A stretch of 64,000 nucleotides of DNA from Patescibacteria group bacterium (GTDB taxonomy: Bacteria > Patescibacteriota > Patescibacteriia > Buchananbacterales > UBA6539). The notes beneath the pieces are model-generated. The model made no database searches. It was not told the DNA's origin and saw only the letters and a program-made list of their open reading frames with translations. Made by a program: the position numbers and the translations under genes. The DNA is taken from the NCBI GenBank assembly GCA_041649675.1, contig JBAZMQ010000006.1, forward strand, positions 7,003 to 71,002, written 5' to 3'. Below, piece after piece: positions 51,591 through 60,333 of this stretch (position 1 is its first letter; every line of letters starts with the position of its first letter).

Positions 51591-52193
51591 TTATTTTTTG
51601 CCTAAAATCTTCAATGCTTCGCGAATACACGTACTAGCATCATTACTCTTTTTATCAATCTGACTAATTACTTGCTTGGCTTCGGCAGCTGAATAACCAA
51701 AGCCCACCAAGGCATCAAAGATATCAGTATCCAAACTGACCTCATTTTTCTCACCAGCAATTTTTGGCCGCACAGTTAAACTTTGAACTTTATCTTTTAA
51801 ACCAAGAACTATTTTTTCCGCTGTCTTGGAAGTTAAGCCTGACATTTTAGTTAAGAGAGTCGGATTATTTTCCAAAATCGCTTGCTGAACTTCAGCCATA
51901 GTGGTTTTTTCCAAAATCGCCATGGCCGATTTGGGGCCGATTTGGGGCACGTCCAAAAGCAACGTAAAAAAAGTTTTGTCCGCTGGATTTAAAAAACCAT
52001 ATAAATCCATGGCATTTTCCGAAACGGCCAAATAAGTATAAACCGTTATTTTTTCGCCTTCTTTTACTTTTTTCAAATTACTGGCGGGGCTATAAACTTT
52101 GTAGCCCACGCCAGAAACATCAACAATAAAATAAGCGTCTTTGCGCAGCTCGGAAGTCTTGTAGCTAATTGTACCAGCAAGAGAGGCAATCAT
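51591..52193 (-). CDS. ruvA: Holliday junction branch migration protein RuvA
   Basis: MIASLAG, GVGY, LYGF, IGPKSA, KTAEKIV, ALVGFGY. Confidence 0.94.
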   Translation of the reverse strand: MIASLAGTISYKTSELRKDAYFIVDVSGVGYKVYSPASNLKKVKEGEKITVYTYLAVSENAMDLYGFLNPADKTFFTLLLDVPQIGPKSAMAILEKTTMAEVQQAILENNPTLLTKMSGLTSKTAEKIVLGLKDKVQSLTVRPKIAGEKNEVSLDTDIFDALVGFGYSAAEAKQVISQIDKKSNDASTCIREALKILGKK

Positions 52194-52196
52194 TGA

Positions 52197-52284
52197 ACAG
52201 AATAATGAATAGTGAATTAAGAATTATGAATTACGAATGATTTAGAGACCTTAATTCCTAATTCTTAATTCCTAATTCTTAATT
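52197..52284. repeat. Heptamer inverted repeat
   Basis: GAATTAAGAATTATGAATT ... AATTCCTAATTCTTAATT. Confidence 0.7.
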
Positions 52285-52421
52285 ACATTTTACCGCAAAA
52301 ATCTAACTTTTACCAATATTTTTAAATTGACAAAAACTCCTTATTTAGCTAAGATTTTAAAGATCTGAAAAATCGTGCAACCTACAACTAAAACAAAGTT
52401 ATCACATTGGAGGAAGAGTCT

Positions 52422-53759
52422 ATGAAAGTAATTGTTGTAATTTTTGGAGCAAGTAGCGGATTGACTGTTGGCTATTTCGCCGGTGGCAAGTTCTGTGTGC
52501 TGGTTAAAGCCAAAATACCTTTCAGGCAAGATGCAAATGGCATCAAGTATTGGCCGTTAGCTTGGTTGAAAAAACAATTGGCAGCGGTGATGGAATATGC
52601 CCAGCCCGGCGACATTGTTGCCCCGGCTACTTGGGGCGCTGATTATGCCGCCTTTGCTGACGACAGTGCAGTCTTTGGCGGAATGAATCTTGGCTGGGCC
52701 AAGTTCTATGCTTCGGTGCCTGAGCATTACTTGAAACAAGTAACGGATATTATTCCCGCAGAAGAACTTTATTTGAGAACTGGCGGCGCCAACGTAGACT
52801 GGTTTCAGATGTACAGCCAGCTAAAATGCGACCTGGGCTTGCAGGCCAATGTGCTGTTGGCTAAAACCACCACCGGATTGATCCCGATGGCCGATGTCAT
52901 CACCTACCTTTTGACCGGCCAAAAAGGTCATGACCAAACGATGTTAAAAAGCTATGGCTTAACTGAGCCTGGCTGGCGGAAAATTTATCTCCAACTCTTT
53001 GGGTCAGAAATTGCAAACAAAATTGCGCCCTGGCCAGTGTTCCCTGAAAATCAACTGCTGACCAGACCAAACGGCGTAAGAGTCTGCCCAACAACTCACG
53101 ACTCAGTCCCTTCCCGGAGAGTTGGTTTTACCCTTTGCCCCTGGGACTTATGGACCGGAACTTGGGGCGGCGATGCCTTAGATCTAACCGCATTCCCTAA
53201 CGTGACTCCGTCAAAAAAATCATTTGGCGCCAACGTTGCCTTTGAAGGTATTGGTAATTCAGCCGCGGCAATCACCAACTTCGGCATGTTTGGAACCATC
53301 TGGGATGCCATCAAGACAGAAGGCGGTTGGCCAAGTTATGATGCAATAGCTCAATCAGCGCTGGAATTTTTAGGCGCTTCAGAGATTAGCATGATAATGG
53401 GAAATAATCCCACGCCAAACCTGACCCGTATGATGGAGCATCTGGAAAAAACATTTAGCGCCGGTAACTGGCCGCTAAAAGCCGCCTATTTCATCACAGT
53501 CGTTGCCCAAATCTGCAAGAATGGGTTGGAGGGCACTGCCAAACTTTTTGACCTGCCAAAGCCGGTTTCAGTTGCCGTCACTGGCGGCTGGACGGAAAAC
53601 GAGGCATTCCTTGCTCAGCTTGAAAATCTGGGCATAGCGCCGCTCATTCCACCTTTGGCTACCGAAGCAACCCATGCCGGAGTAGCGGCTCAAGCGTTGG
53701 TTATGGCTGATGAAGCCAACACTTTTGCCGAAGCGCTGGAATTGCTAGCCAGCATGTAA
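52422..53759 (+). CDS. Divergent FGGY/rhamnulokinase-like carbohydrate kinase
   Basis: GASSG, TWGADY, ELYLRTG, YLLTG, THDS, GTW, TGG-x-x-N, EAT-x-x-G; promoter at 52328-52356; SD GAGG. Confidence 0.7.
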   Translation: MKVIVVIFGASSGLTVGYFAGGKFCVLVKAKIPFRQDANGIKYWPLAWLKKQLAAVMEYAQPGDIVAPATWGADYAAFADDSAVFGGMNLGWAKFYASVPEHYLKQVTDIIPAEELYLRTGGANVDWFQMYSQLKCDLGLQANVLLAKTTTGLIPMADVITYLLTGQKGHDQTMLKSYGLTEPGWRKIYLQLFGSEIANKIAPWPVFPENQLLTRPNGVRVCPTTHDSVPSRRVGFTLCPWDLWTGTWGGDALDLTAFPNVTPSKKSFGANVAFEGIGNSAAAITNFGMFGTIWDAIKTEGGWPSYDAIAQSALEFLGASEISMIMGNNPTPNLTRMMEHLEKTFSAGNWPLKAAYFITVVAQICKNGLEGTAKLFDLPKPVSVAVTGGWTENEAFLAQLENLGIAPLIPPLATEATHAGVAAQALVMADEANTFAEALELLASM

Positions 53760-53834
53760 TTGTTATTTGTATCCTACTGCTAAACCCGGTAGGATTTTTT
53801 TATTACAAATTAACTTTTATCTATTTCTAAATTC

Positions 53835-53872
53835 TTGGCACCGCGCCAGGAAAGTTCATAAATTTGTTTCAT
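53835..53872 (-). repeat. 38-bp direct repeat of the 3' end of the trmB gene at 55392-56138 (gene remnant)
   Basis: TTGGCACCGCGCCAGGAAAGTTCATAAATTTGTTTCAT matches 55411-55448 with one mismatch. Confidence 0.85.
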
Positions 53873-53887
53873 AACCTGCATGCCGGG

Positions 53888-54685
53888 CTAGTGACCTTGG
53901 TTTAAATTATTGTTACTAATTTTTTTAGTTTTAGAGTAATTCCAAAAAAACTCAAACAGTGACTTTAACATCTCGGCGAACTCCTGACTTTCAATAATGA
54001 AACCAACATTTTCTTTACGGGATGAAATAAACGCCACCTTATTTCCATAAATCATAAAACCCATTGAGAAATTTATTTCTTTGGGAAGAAATCTAACTTC
54101 TCTTTTAAATTGAGGGCTGGATTCCATGTAGGGAAAATCCCTGAGATCAATTTTTTGTTTTATTGGCCAAAGCGCTCTAACGGAAACATTTTTTTCAACT
54201 CTTTTTTTCTGAGTGTATTCAAAAAATTCAGAAGTTAATATTTCTATCATTGGTTTTGGCGGCCAAAAAGTAACAAATTCACCTGCACTATAAACGATAA
54301 CATCTCGCATTATATTCTTAAGCGCGTCTTTGCCTTCATACATTTGAAATTTCGGACTGATGAATTTTGAAATAATATTTTTTTCCAACATTGGAATCAT
54401 AGCCTGATAATTCTTTTGGCTCTGAGTTATATTGTCAATCATTTGTTGAAAAATAAAATCGACCTTCTTGGGCGGTTGAGCTTGAAATATTTTGACGCTA
54501 AGATTGGATGATTGTGTGACCAAGCCCTTTTCCTGCAATCTTTTAAGAAAGCCATATAGTGACGGGCGGGGCTTTCCGATTTTTTTTGCCAGCTTACCAA
54601 CAGAAATTGGACCAAATTCTAAAAGAGCCAGATATGTTTCTGCTTCCTCTTTTCCAATCCCTAATGAATTAAATATATTTTCCAT
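53888..54685 (-). CDS. TrmB-family HTH transcriptional regulator
   Basis: LG-x3-EA-x-TYLALL, R-x-x-LY-x-x-L-x-RL-x-x-KGLV, YEG, IYGNKVAFIS, IES. Confidence 0.88.
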   Translation of the reverse strand: MENIFNSLGIGKEEAETYLALLEFGPISVGKLAKKIGKPRPSLYGFLKRLQEKGLVTQSSNLSVKIFQAQPPKKVDFIFQQMIDNITQSQKNYQAMIPMLEKNIISKFISPKFQMYEGKDALKNIMRDVIVYSAGEFVTFWPPKPMIEILTSEFFEYTQKKRVEKNVSVRALWPIKQKIDLRDFPYMESSPQFKREVRFLPKEINFSMGFMIYGNKVAFISSRKENVGFIIESQEFAEMLKSLFEFFWNYSKTKKISNNNLNQGH

Positions 54686-54888
54686 TTGACTGACTGTTGT
54701 CGCGGTACCACAACACTATTGTTTATTAAATTATATCGTAATAATATAACTAAATTGGGGATTATGTCAATATTGTTGTTTAAATGCAACAGTAATTATA
54801 TTGACTATCTTCTTATGAACTTTATCACAAAAGAATAATGAATTTGCGGAGAAATGTCCTATTTATCTAAATGTTAAAAGGAGAAAAC

Positions 54889-55308
54889 ATGAATACGATA
54901 GAACCGAAACCGATCAGAACCCTAGTCTTAAAAGCCCATGAAATTTTTGTGGCTTCAGAGAGATTTATTGTCGGCGATAGTGAAGGACTTCGCATCTCTG
55001 AAATCACGGATTTATGGCGCCAGGTTTACATGAAGGTAATTGAGAGGAATATACCCGAAAAAACCGCGGAAGTATATCCAAATGGTTGCAAAAAGAAAGA
55101 TACGGGAATCAATTTAGCTCATGTGTATGATGTTCTTCTTGCTCAGGGTCATGGCCAAGACGGTTTACTAGAAATTGATGGCACCCGGCGGCCGTGTCAT
55201 GTCACCGGAGTTAACAATTTTATGCTCATTGTCAGCTGGGAAAATGATGGCTGGAAGCTGGATGCCAGGGCAGTAGTATCTGTTTTGGAAATTTTTATGT
55301 CTCGATAA
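54889..55308 (+). CDS. Hypothetical protein
   Basis: SD AAAGGAG before ATG at 54889; divergent from trmB. Confidence 0.6.
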   Translation: MNTIEPKPIRTLVLKAHEIFVASERFIVGDSEGLRISEITDLWRQVYMKVIERNIPEKTAEVYPNGCKKKDTGINLAHVYDVLLAQGHGQDGLLEIDGTRRPCHVTGVNNFMLIVSWENDGWKLDARAVVSVLEIFMSR

Positions 55309-55391
55309 CATATCTTTACCGTCCATCACACCTAGCGCTTAATTTCGAGATTCACGGGACGAAATTGATTTCCATTGATTTCGCCCTTTTT

Positions 55392-56138
55392 TTATTTTAT
55401 TTCCATTGTTTTGGCGCCGCGCCAGGAAAGTTCATAAATTTGTTTCATGGCTTGGGCAATCGCTTTACTTTCAATAATGACAGACATACTTTCGGCATAA
55501 TTCATGAAGGCAATTTTATTATTATAGATATTAACTTCAATTTGGGAAGACAACATTTCTTTGGGCACAATAATGGTTTGTGAAAGTTCAGCTTCATCCT
55601 TTTTTTTATGGCGAGTTTCCCAAAACGAACCTTTTTCGGCAATACGCTTGGCGTGAATATTTAAAGCCACGCGTTTTCCCAAATAAACATAATCTTTATC
55701 CACATAAGGATTTGCAAAATAAGCATTGGTATTCCATTCCAAAATTTCCGGCGGCCTTTCAGCCAAGGTATCATCATAAACTTTTTGGATAGCATAGTCA
55801 CCTTCATAAAATAAAATTTTTGGTTTGATTTCACTCTTATTATAAACCGCTTCCAGCTGGGGCAGGGCTTTTTTTAGTTTGGCCTGGAGTTCGCTTAATA
55901 AATACAAAAGTTTATCCGGGCTTTCAGCCAAAAATCGGCTCTTGCCTTTGACTTTGGTTTTAGCCACCACGCCGCGACTAACCAAAGCGCTTAAAACAGA
56001 ATAAGTGGTAGTGCGCTGCAGTCCGGCTTTTTGGGCAATATTTTGAGCCGAGGCTAAACCCGATTCCAAGGCGGCTAAATAGACTTTAGATTCATTTTGA
56101 GAAAAGCCTAATTGGCTTAATAAACGGTCAAATTGCAT
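55392..56138 (-). CDS. TrmB-family HTH transcriptional regulator
   Basis: LGFSQNESKVYLAALE, RTTTY, FYEG, IYNNKIAF, IES. Confidence 0.9.
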   Translation of the reverse strand: MQFDRLLSQLGFSQNESKVYLAALESGLASAQNIAQKAGLQRTTTYSVLSALVSRGVVAKTKVKGKSRFLAESPDKLLYLLSELQAKLKKALPQLEAVYNKSEIKPKILFYEGDYAIQKVYDDTLAERPPEILEWNTNAYFANPYVDKDYVYLGKRVALNIHAKRIAEKGSFWETRHKKKDEAELSQTIIVPKEMLSSQIEVNIYNNKIAFMNYAESMSVIIESKAIAQAMKQIYELSWRGAKTMEIK

Positions 56139-56160
56139 AGTTTTATGAAGTCATTGTTTT

Positions 56161-56254
56161 GAATTCCCTCTCCGAAAACGGAGAGGGTTAGGGTGAGGTT
56201 ACGAAGTCAGTTACCTCATCCCTAGCCCTTCTCCCAAATGGGAGAAGGGAATTC
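56161..56254. repeat. CCCTCTCC...GGAGAGGG paired palindrome
   Basis: GAATTCCCTCTCC...GGAGAGGGTTAGGGTGAGG...CCTCATCCCTAGCCCTTCTCCC...GGGAGAAGGGAATTC. Confidence 0.7.
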
Positions 56255-56376
56255 TAAAAACATCTTTTTTAAAGAAGTGACGAAAAAACTTTAGTCATTT
56301 GTGATTAATTATTTAGCTTGTTTAATAGATTAATTGTAGCATATCTAAAGTTGTTCGTCAATACTGACGAAAATGA

Positions 56377-56405
56377 TTGACATTTTAGCGATTTTTTCTT
56401 ATAAT
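56377..56405 (+). promoter_or_regulatory. Consensus sigma70 promoter flanked by TGACGAAAA repeats (candidate TrmB operators)
   Basis: TTGACA-17-TATAAT; TGACGAAAA at about 56278, 56365 and 56424; TTCGTCA at about 56354. Confidence 0.7.
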
Positions 56406-56483
56406 AACCAGTCAAGATGTTCTTGACGAAAAAAACGTTCTTTGACAGCTCAAAAAGCTGTTAACTACTAGAAAGGAACTACG

Positions 56484-57113
56484 ATGAAAAAGATGCATAT
56501 GGCAGTGGAATGGGCGAGGAAATACAGTTGGTTTGCCATGGTATTTCTTTTCAAAAGAATTACTGTTGATGGTGTGGTAGTCTATTTGGGACTTGAACCG
56601 CCAACCTGGACTGACAGTCGAACTTTCCATGTCGGGCGGTTTAATCGGACACGAATTTTTTGTGGCAATGTGTCTCATTACATCAGTTGGCTGATTAGCT
56701 GGTTTCGTTTTAGACAAGAAATTTATCCGCGCTACCCCCGTCATCGAATTGAAATCAAGCTCCTCCAAGAAAAAAAAGCCGACGTTTCATTCCGCTTTTT
56801 TCGGGAAGATCATGCCCAAACATTGATCGTTTTGGATTCACAGTATACTTTGGTTTATTTACGGGGCGAAGGAAAAAAGTATATTGATCGCCCCTGGGCG
56901 ATCGCCAAAGCAAAAGATGAAAAAATGACCTGGGCGGCTGAACTGGACGCTTTTCAAGCCTGGCTGGAAAAAGAAGCCACCGAACTACTTGAAAAAGAAA
57001 AAAACGGCTCTCGGCTTGACTTTGGCTTTTATCAAGCTCAAGTCATCCACAAAAAAGCCGCACAACTTTTAAAAATACCGGCAGAAGTTCTGAATTTTCC
57101 AAAAGATTACTAA
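56484..57113 (+). CDS. Hypothetical protein
   Basis: SD AAAGGA; first gene after the consensus promoter. Confidence 0.65.
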   Translation: MKKMHMAVEWARKYSWFAMVFLFKRITVDGVVVYLGLEPPTWTDSRTFHVGRFNRTRIFCGNVSHYISWLISWFRFRQEIYPRYPRHRIEIKLLQEKKADVSFRFFREDHAQTLIVLDSQYTLVYLRGEGKKYIDRPWAIAKAKDEKMTWAAELDAFQAWLEKEATELLEKEKNGSRLDFGFYQAQVIHKKAAQLLKIPAEVLNFPKDY

Positions 57114-57147
57114 TCAGTCACGGCCACAAGGCAATGGCTCAATTCTG

Positions 57148-57227
57148 GGGCGAAATCAAAAGGCCAAACCTTGCGATTTCGCCCTCTTTTCCCCGGCTTG
57201 GAGATGGTCTCAAAGTCGGAGAGAAAA
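57148..57227 (+). repeat. Double-hairpin repeat, copy A (left of the radical SAM pair)
   Basis: GGGCGAAA..TTTCGCCC plus CTTTTCCCCGGCTT..AAGTCGGAGAGAAAA; 24 nt identical to copy B. Confidence 0.75.
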
Positions 57228-57295
57228 TAATGTTCTTTAAAATAAACAAACCAGAATAACTCAAGTTATTCTGGCAAGCCTCGGAAAGGAAAGTC

Positions 57296-58426
57296 ATGAA
57301 AACGATACGTGATTATATTATCGCTGATTCGGTATTAGGCACCGTTATTTCCGGCTCAGGCATAAAACAAAGCGAGTGCCAGGTGGCAAAAAAATTGAAA
57401 TATTACTCATCCGATTCAACCACGGCGAAAATCATCAAGCATAACCGGCAGTGGGCTGAAACTGGTGTCGGTTCGCCCCGATTCCAGTTTATTTATCTGA
57501 TGGTGCCATGCGGCTGCAATCAGAAATGCCGCGGCTGTTTCATGGGTCAAGACAAGAGTCGCCTGCCCCAAGAACTCGATGGGCCATTTTATGCCGACAA
57601 AGAACTCGCTGACATCTGCAGTTTTGCCAAAAAGCATGGAGCGCTGGCGGCTGTTCACGCCGGTGGCGGTGAATTATTCACCTGGTCTGGTGCACTTGAC
57701 TATATCAAATTCATCAAACGCCAAGGTTTATCAATGATGATTTTCACCAACGGCACGCTGATTGACCGGGCCATGATGCGCCGGCTAAACGAGTTGGAAG
57801 TGGCTCTGACGATATCAATGCGCGACCCGGCCGAAAAATGGCATAACGAAATCGTCGGGACCGGCGGTTTCAAAGCTAGTTTAAACGCCATTGAACTGGC
57901 CATGACTGAAGGTTTGCATCTGGATAACCGGTTATGCGTGGAAATGCCGGTGACGATTAATAACGAAGACCGGGTGATTAATGACCTGCTGCCAGTTTTG
58001 CGAGCGCTAGGCGTGGTGCCGATGATTGAGGAATATATCTTGACCAAAACTTCAGCCGAAGAAAACCAGTGCAGTCACTCTTTCACCCAGGCCCGTGAAT
58101 TTTTCCGCCGCTTGGCGCGAAAAGACGCCGAACTGGGAATAAACTGGTGGCCAGAATTCGGCCAGCGCATGATCGTCGAACCAAAATGCCAGCGGCCGTT
58201 GTTCTCATTTACGGTTTTTCCAAACGGCGAGGTGGTGGATTGTCCCACCAACATCGTTTCTTACGGCAATTTCCGTAAATTACCTCTGCCAGAGATTATT
58301 TATTCGGACCTTTTCCGAAAGACTCTGGCCAATTATCAACTGTGTCCCTGCTCAAAATTTTACACCGATGGCGACGCCGACATTCCAGTTGGATTGCCTG
58401 ACTATCTTAAGGAGAAATATGAATGA
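57296..58426 (+). CDS. Radical SAM enzyme with twitch/SPASM-like C-terminus
   Basis: CNQKCRGC, GGGE, FTNGTL, C...V-x-PNGEVVDCP, YGN, CPC. Confidence 0.88.
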   Translation: MKTIRDYIIADSVLGTVISGSGIKQSECQVAKKLKYYSSDSTTAKIIKHNRQWAETGVGSPRFQFIYLMVPCGCNQKCRGCFMGQDKSRLPQELDGPFYADKELADICSFAKKHGALAAVHAGGGELFTWSGALDYIKFIKRQGLSMMIFTNGTLIDRAMMRRLNELEVALTISMRDPAEKWHNEIVGTGGFKASLNAIELAMTEGLHLDNRLCVEMPVTINNEDRVINDLLPVLRALGVVPMIEEYILTKTSAEENQCSHSFTQAREFFRRLARKDAELGINWWPEFGQRMIVEPKCQRPLFSFTVFPNGEVVDCPTNIVSYGNFRKLPLPEIIYSDLFRKTLANYQLCPCSKFYTDGDADIPVGLPDYLKEKYE

Positions 58427-59562
58427 GACCAAACATCGCGATTGAAAAAAATCTGGCCGATGAAAACGTTGTCCAATACTGGGGTTTTTTCACGCCAGAA
58501 GAAATTTCGGCGGCTGCTAAATCCGGCGAAATCTTGATGTTAGATATTGATTTTGGCCGCCAGTGTTCGCTGAGTTGTCCCGGCTGTTTTCGCCGCAAAA
58601 ATCTTGTTGACCTGGCTGGACAGACCGACCTGTCATACGAAAAGCTGCTTGCCGTTTTAGCCGAAGCGGCTGCTAATGGCCTAAAATCAGTTAAAATCTG
58701 CGGTGCCGGCGAACCATTCGAAAATCCGCGACTACTGGAGCTGGCCAAAGATTTAACATCTATGAATGTCGGCCTGGCGATTTTTACCAAAGGTCACGTT
58801 ATCGGCGATGATATCTGGACTAAAAAAATTTTCGGCCAGCAAGGCATTACCGACGGTCTGACTTTATGCCAAAAACTGTTTGAGTTAAAAACTTCAGTGA
58901 TGCTGTATTATCCCACCCTATCTAACAATGAACTGTTTTCCCGGCTGGTTGGTGATCGGACAAGTAGACACCCCCAGCGCGCCTGCCTGGCGGCTGAACG
59001 ATTGGCTTTAGCTGGATTTAATAAAACGCGACCGACACGTCTGATGTTGGTTCATACCCCTGTCACTAAAGATAGTGTTGGTGGGGCTCTCGCCGTCTAT
59101 AAATTCGCCCGCCAGAGAAATATTCTACCGCTGATTGCGTTTTATATGGTTAGCGGCACGCAGATTACCAAAGAGTTTCTTGAACGCTATGATCCGTCCG
59201 ATAAACAAAAACTGGAACTTTTTTGGCAGGTATATCGGTACAATCTGGATCACGGCATCCAGTCTCCAGAGCAGCTTGTTGCCGAAGGCATTTCCTGTAT
59301 GCCCGGTATTCACCCTTGCAACCAAATCGCCGTCGGGATGTATCTGACAGCCAACGGCAACGTCATTCGCTGTCCTGGCGACTGCGCTGGAGTACTGGGC
59401 AATGTCCAACAGGAAAGCCTTATAGCCATCTGGCAGCGTGTCCGGCAGTGGCCGTTTGCCGGACGGTCCAACTGCGGCTGTCCCTATAAAGACGGCCGGA
59501 CGGTGCCCCTTGAAATTTATAGACCAGATTTCTTTCATAAAATTCTGGATCCAAATAAATAA
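58423..59562 (+). CDS. Radical SAM enzyme with twitch/SPASM-like C-terminus
   Basis: CSLSCPGC, GAGEP, FTKG, CNQ...NGNVIRCPG, LGNV-x-x-ESL-x-x-IW, CGC; ATGA overlap with the upstream gene. Confidence 0.88.
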   Translation: MRPNIAIEKNLADENVVQYWGFFTPEEISAAAKSGEILMLDIDFGRQCSLSCPGCFRRKNLVDLAGQTDLSYEKLLAVLAEAAANGLKSVKICGAGEPFENPRLLELAKDLTSMNVGLAIFTKGHVIGDDIWTKKIFGQQGITDGLTLCQKLFELKTSVMLYYPTLSNNELFSRLVGDRTSRHPQRACLAAERLALAGFNKTRPTRLMLVHTPVTKDSVGGALAVYKFARQRNILPLIAFYMVSGTQITKEFLERYDPSDKQKLELFWQVYRYNLDHGIQSPEQLVAEGISCMPGIHPCNQIAVGMYLTANGNVIRCPGDCAGVLGNVQQESLIAIWQRVRQWPFAGRSNCGCPYKDGRTVPLEIYRPDFFHKILDPNK

Positions 59563-59567
59563 GTTTT

Positions 59568-59645
59568 GGGCGAAACTGATTTAATTACATTTCGCCCTCT
59601 TTTCCCCGGCTTTAAAAAAATGTTAAAGTTAAAGCCAGAGAAAAG
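59568..59645 (+). repeat. Double-hairpin repeat, copy B (right of the radical SAM pair)
   Basis: GGGCGAAA..TTTCGCCCTCTTTTCCCCGGCTT..AAGCCAGAGAAAAG. Confidence 0.75.
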
Positions 59646-59691
59646 AACTTCATAATATCTTTAAGCTACTAATTTAATCTAAAAAAAATTT

Positions 59692-60024
59692 ATGATCACC
59701 ATTCAAGATTTTCAAAAAGTTGACATTCGCGTGGGCAAAGTAATTGACGTTCAAGATTTTCCCCAAGCCAAAAAACCGGCTTACAAACTAACCATTGATT
59801 TTGGTCCAGAAATTGGCATTAAAAAATCAAGCGTCCAGTTGCCACAAAATTATTCCAAAGAAGAGCTGCTCAATAAGCAGGTTTTAGGCGTGGTTAATTT
59901 TGCACCCAGGCAAATCGGACCTTTCATTTCCGAGGTTTTAACTTTAGGCGTGCCCGACGGTCAAGGCAATTGTTTTCTAATCACGCCGGACAAACAGGTA
60001 CCTTTGGGCGGACAGCTTTACTAA
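59692..60024 (+). CDS. csaA: CsaA/Trbp111-type tRNA-binding protein
   Basis: DFQKVDIRVG, KPAYKLTIDFG, KKSSVQ, VVNFAPRQIG, SEVLTLG. Confidence 0.88.
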   Translation: MITIQDFQKVDIRVGKVIDVQDFPQAKKPAYKLTIDFGPEIGIKKSSVQLPQNYSKEELLNKQVLGVVNFAPRQIGPFISEVLTLGVPDGQGNCFLITPDKQVPLGGQLY

Positions 60025-60120
60025 TTTATGCAACTGTTGGTTTTATTATTTTTTCACGCCAACTAAATTTTTTATTATCCAAAAGATTGACAAAAATGAA
60101 ATAATCCTTTAAAGTCTTGG

Positions 60121-60314
60121 GTATGGAAAAGGGTTGCCGTTAAGCCAAAGCCTTCCGATCACCCGGATTGGCCTTTAGCACTCCCGGAGGGATAAGGCAA
60201 AATAATAGCAATTTCCGCCCTTTTCTTGGGCAGGCATTAACAAATTCTAGTTGAGTTTGATGCCTGCCCCCCATTTCTACATACCAAAACCGAGGCAAAT
60301 GGGCCTCGGCTTTA
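60121..60314 (+). ncRNA. Candidate structured ncRNA (unassigned)
   Basis: TTGACA-17-TAAAGT promoter at 60087-60115; 5'/3' end complementarity; internal hairpins; terminator at 60290-60314; no long ORF. Confidence 0.4.
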
Positions 60315-60333
60315 TTATTTAATTTTGGTTTGT

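Noticed and set aside
51519-52284. CRISPR array
   Set aside because: These are heptamer tandem/inverted repeats without unique spacers; no cas genes
57134-57259. 41-aa ORF (MAQFWGEIKRPNL...) upstream of the radical SAM pair as a RiPP precursor
   Set aside because: It runs through the double-hairpin repeat that recurs non-coding at 59568, and its SD is weak; probably incidental, though not excluded
60121-60200. Resemblance to a c-di-GMP-I riboswitch (CAAAGCCTTCCG)
   Set aside because: The GGCAAAC/GNRA first stem is missing and no gene lies downstream on this strand
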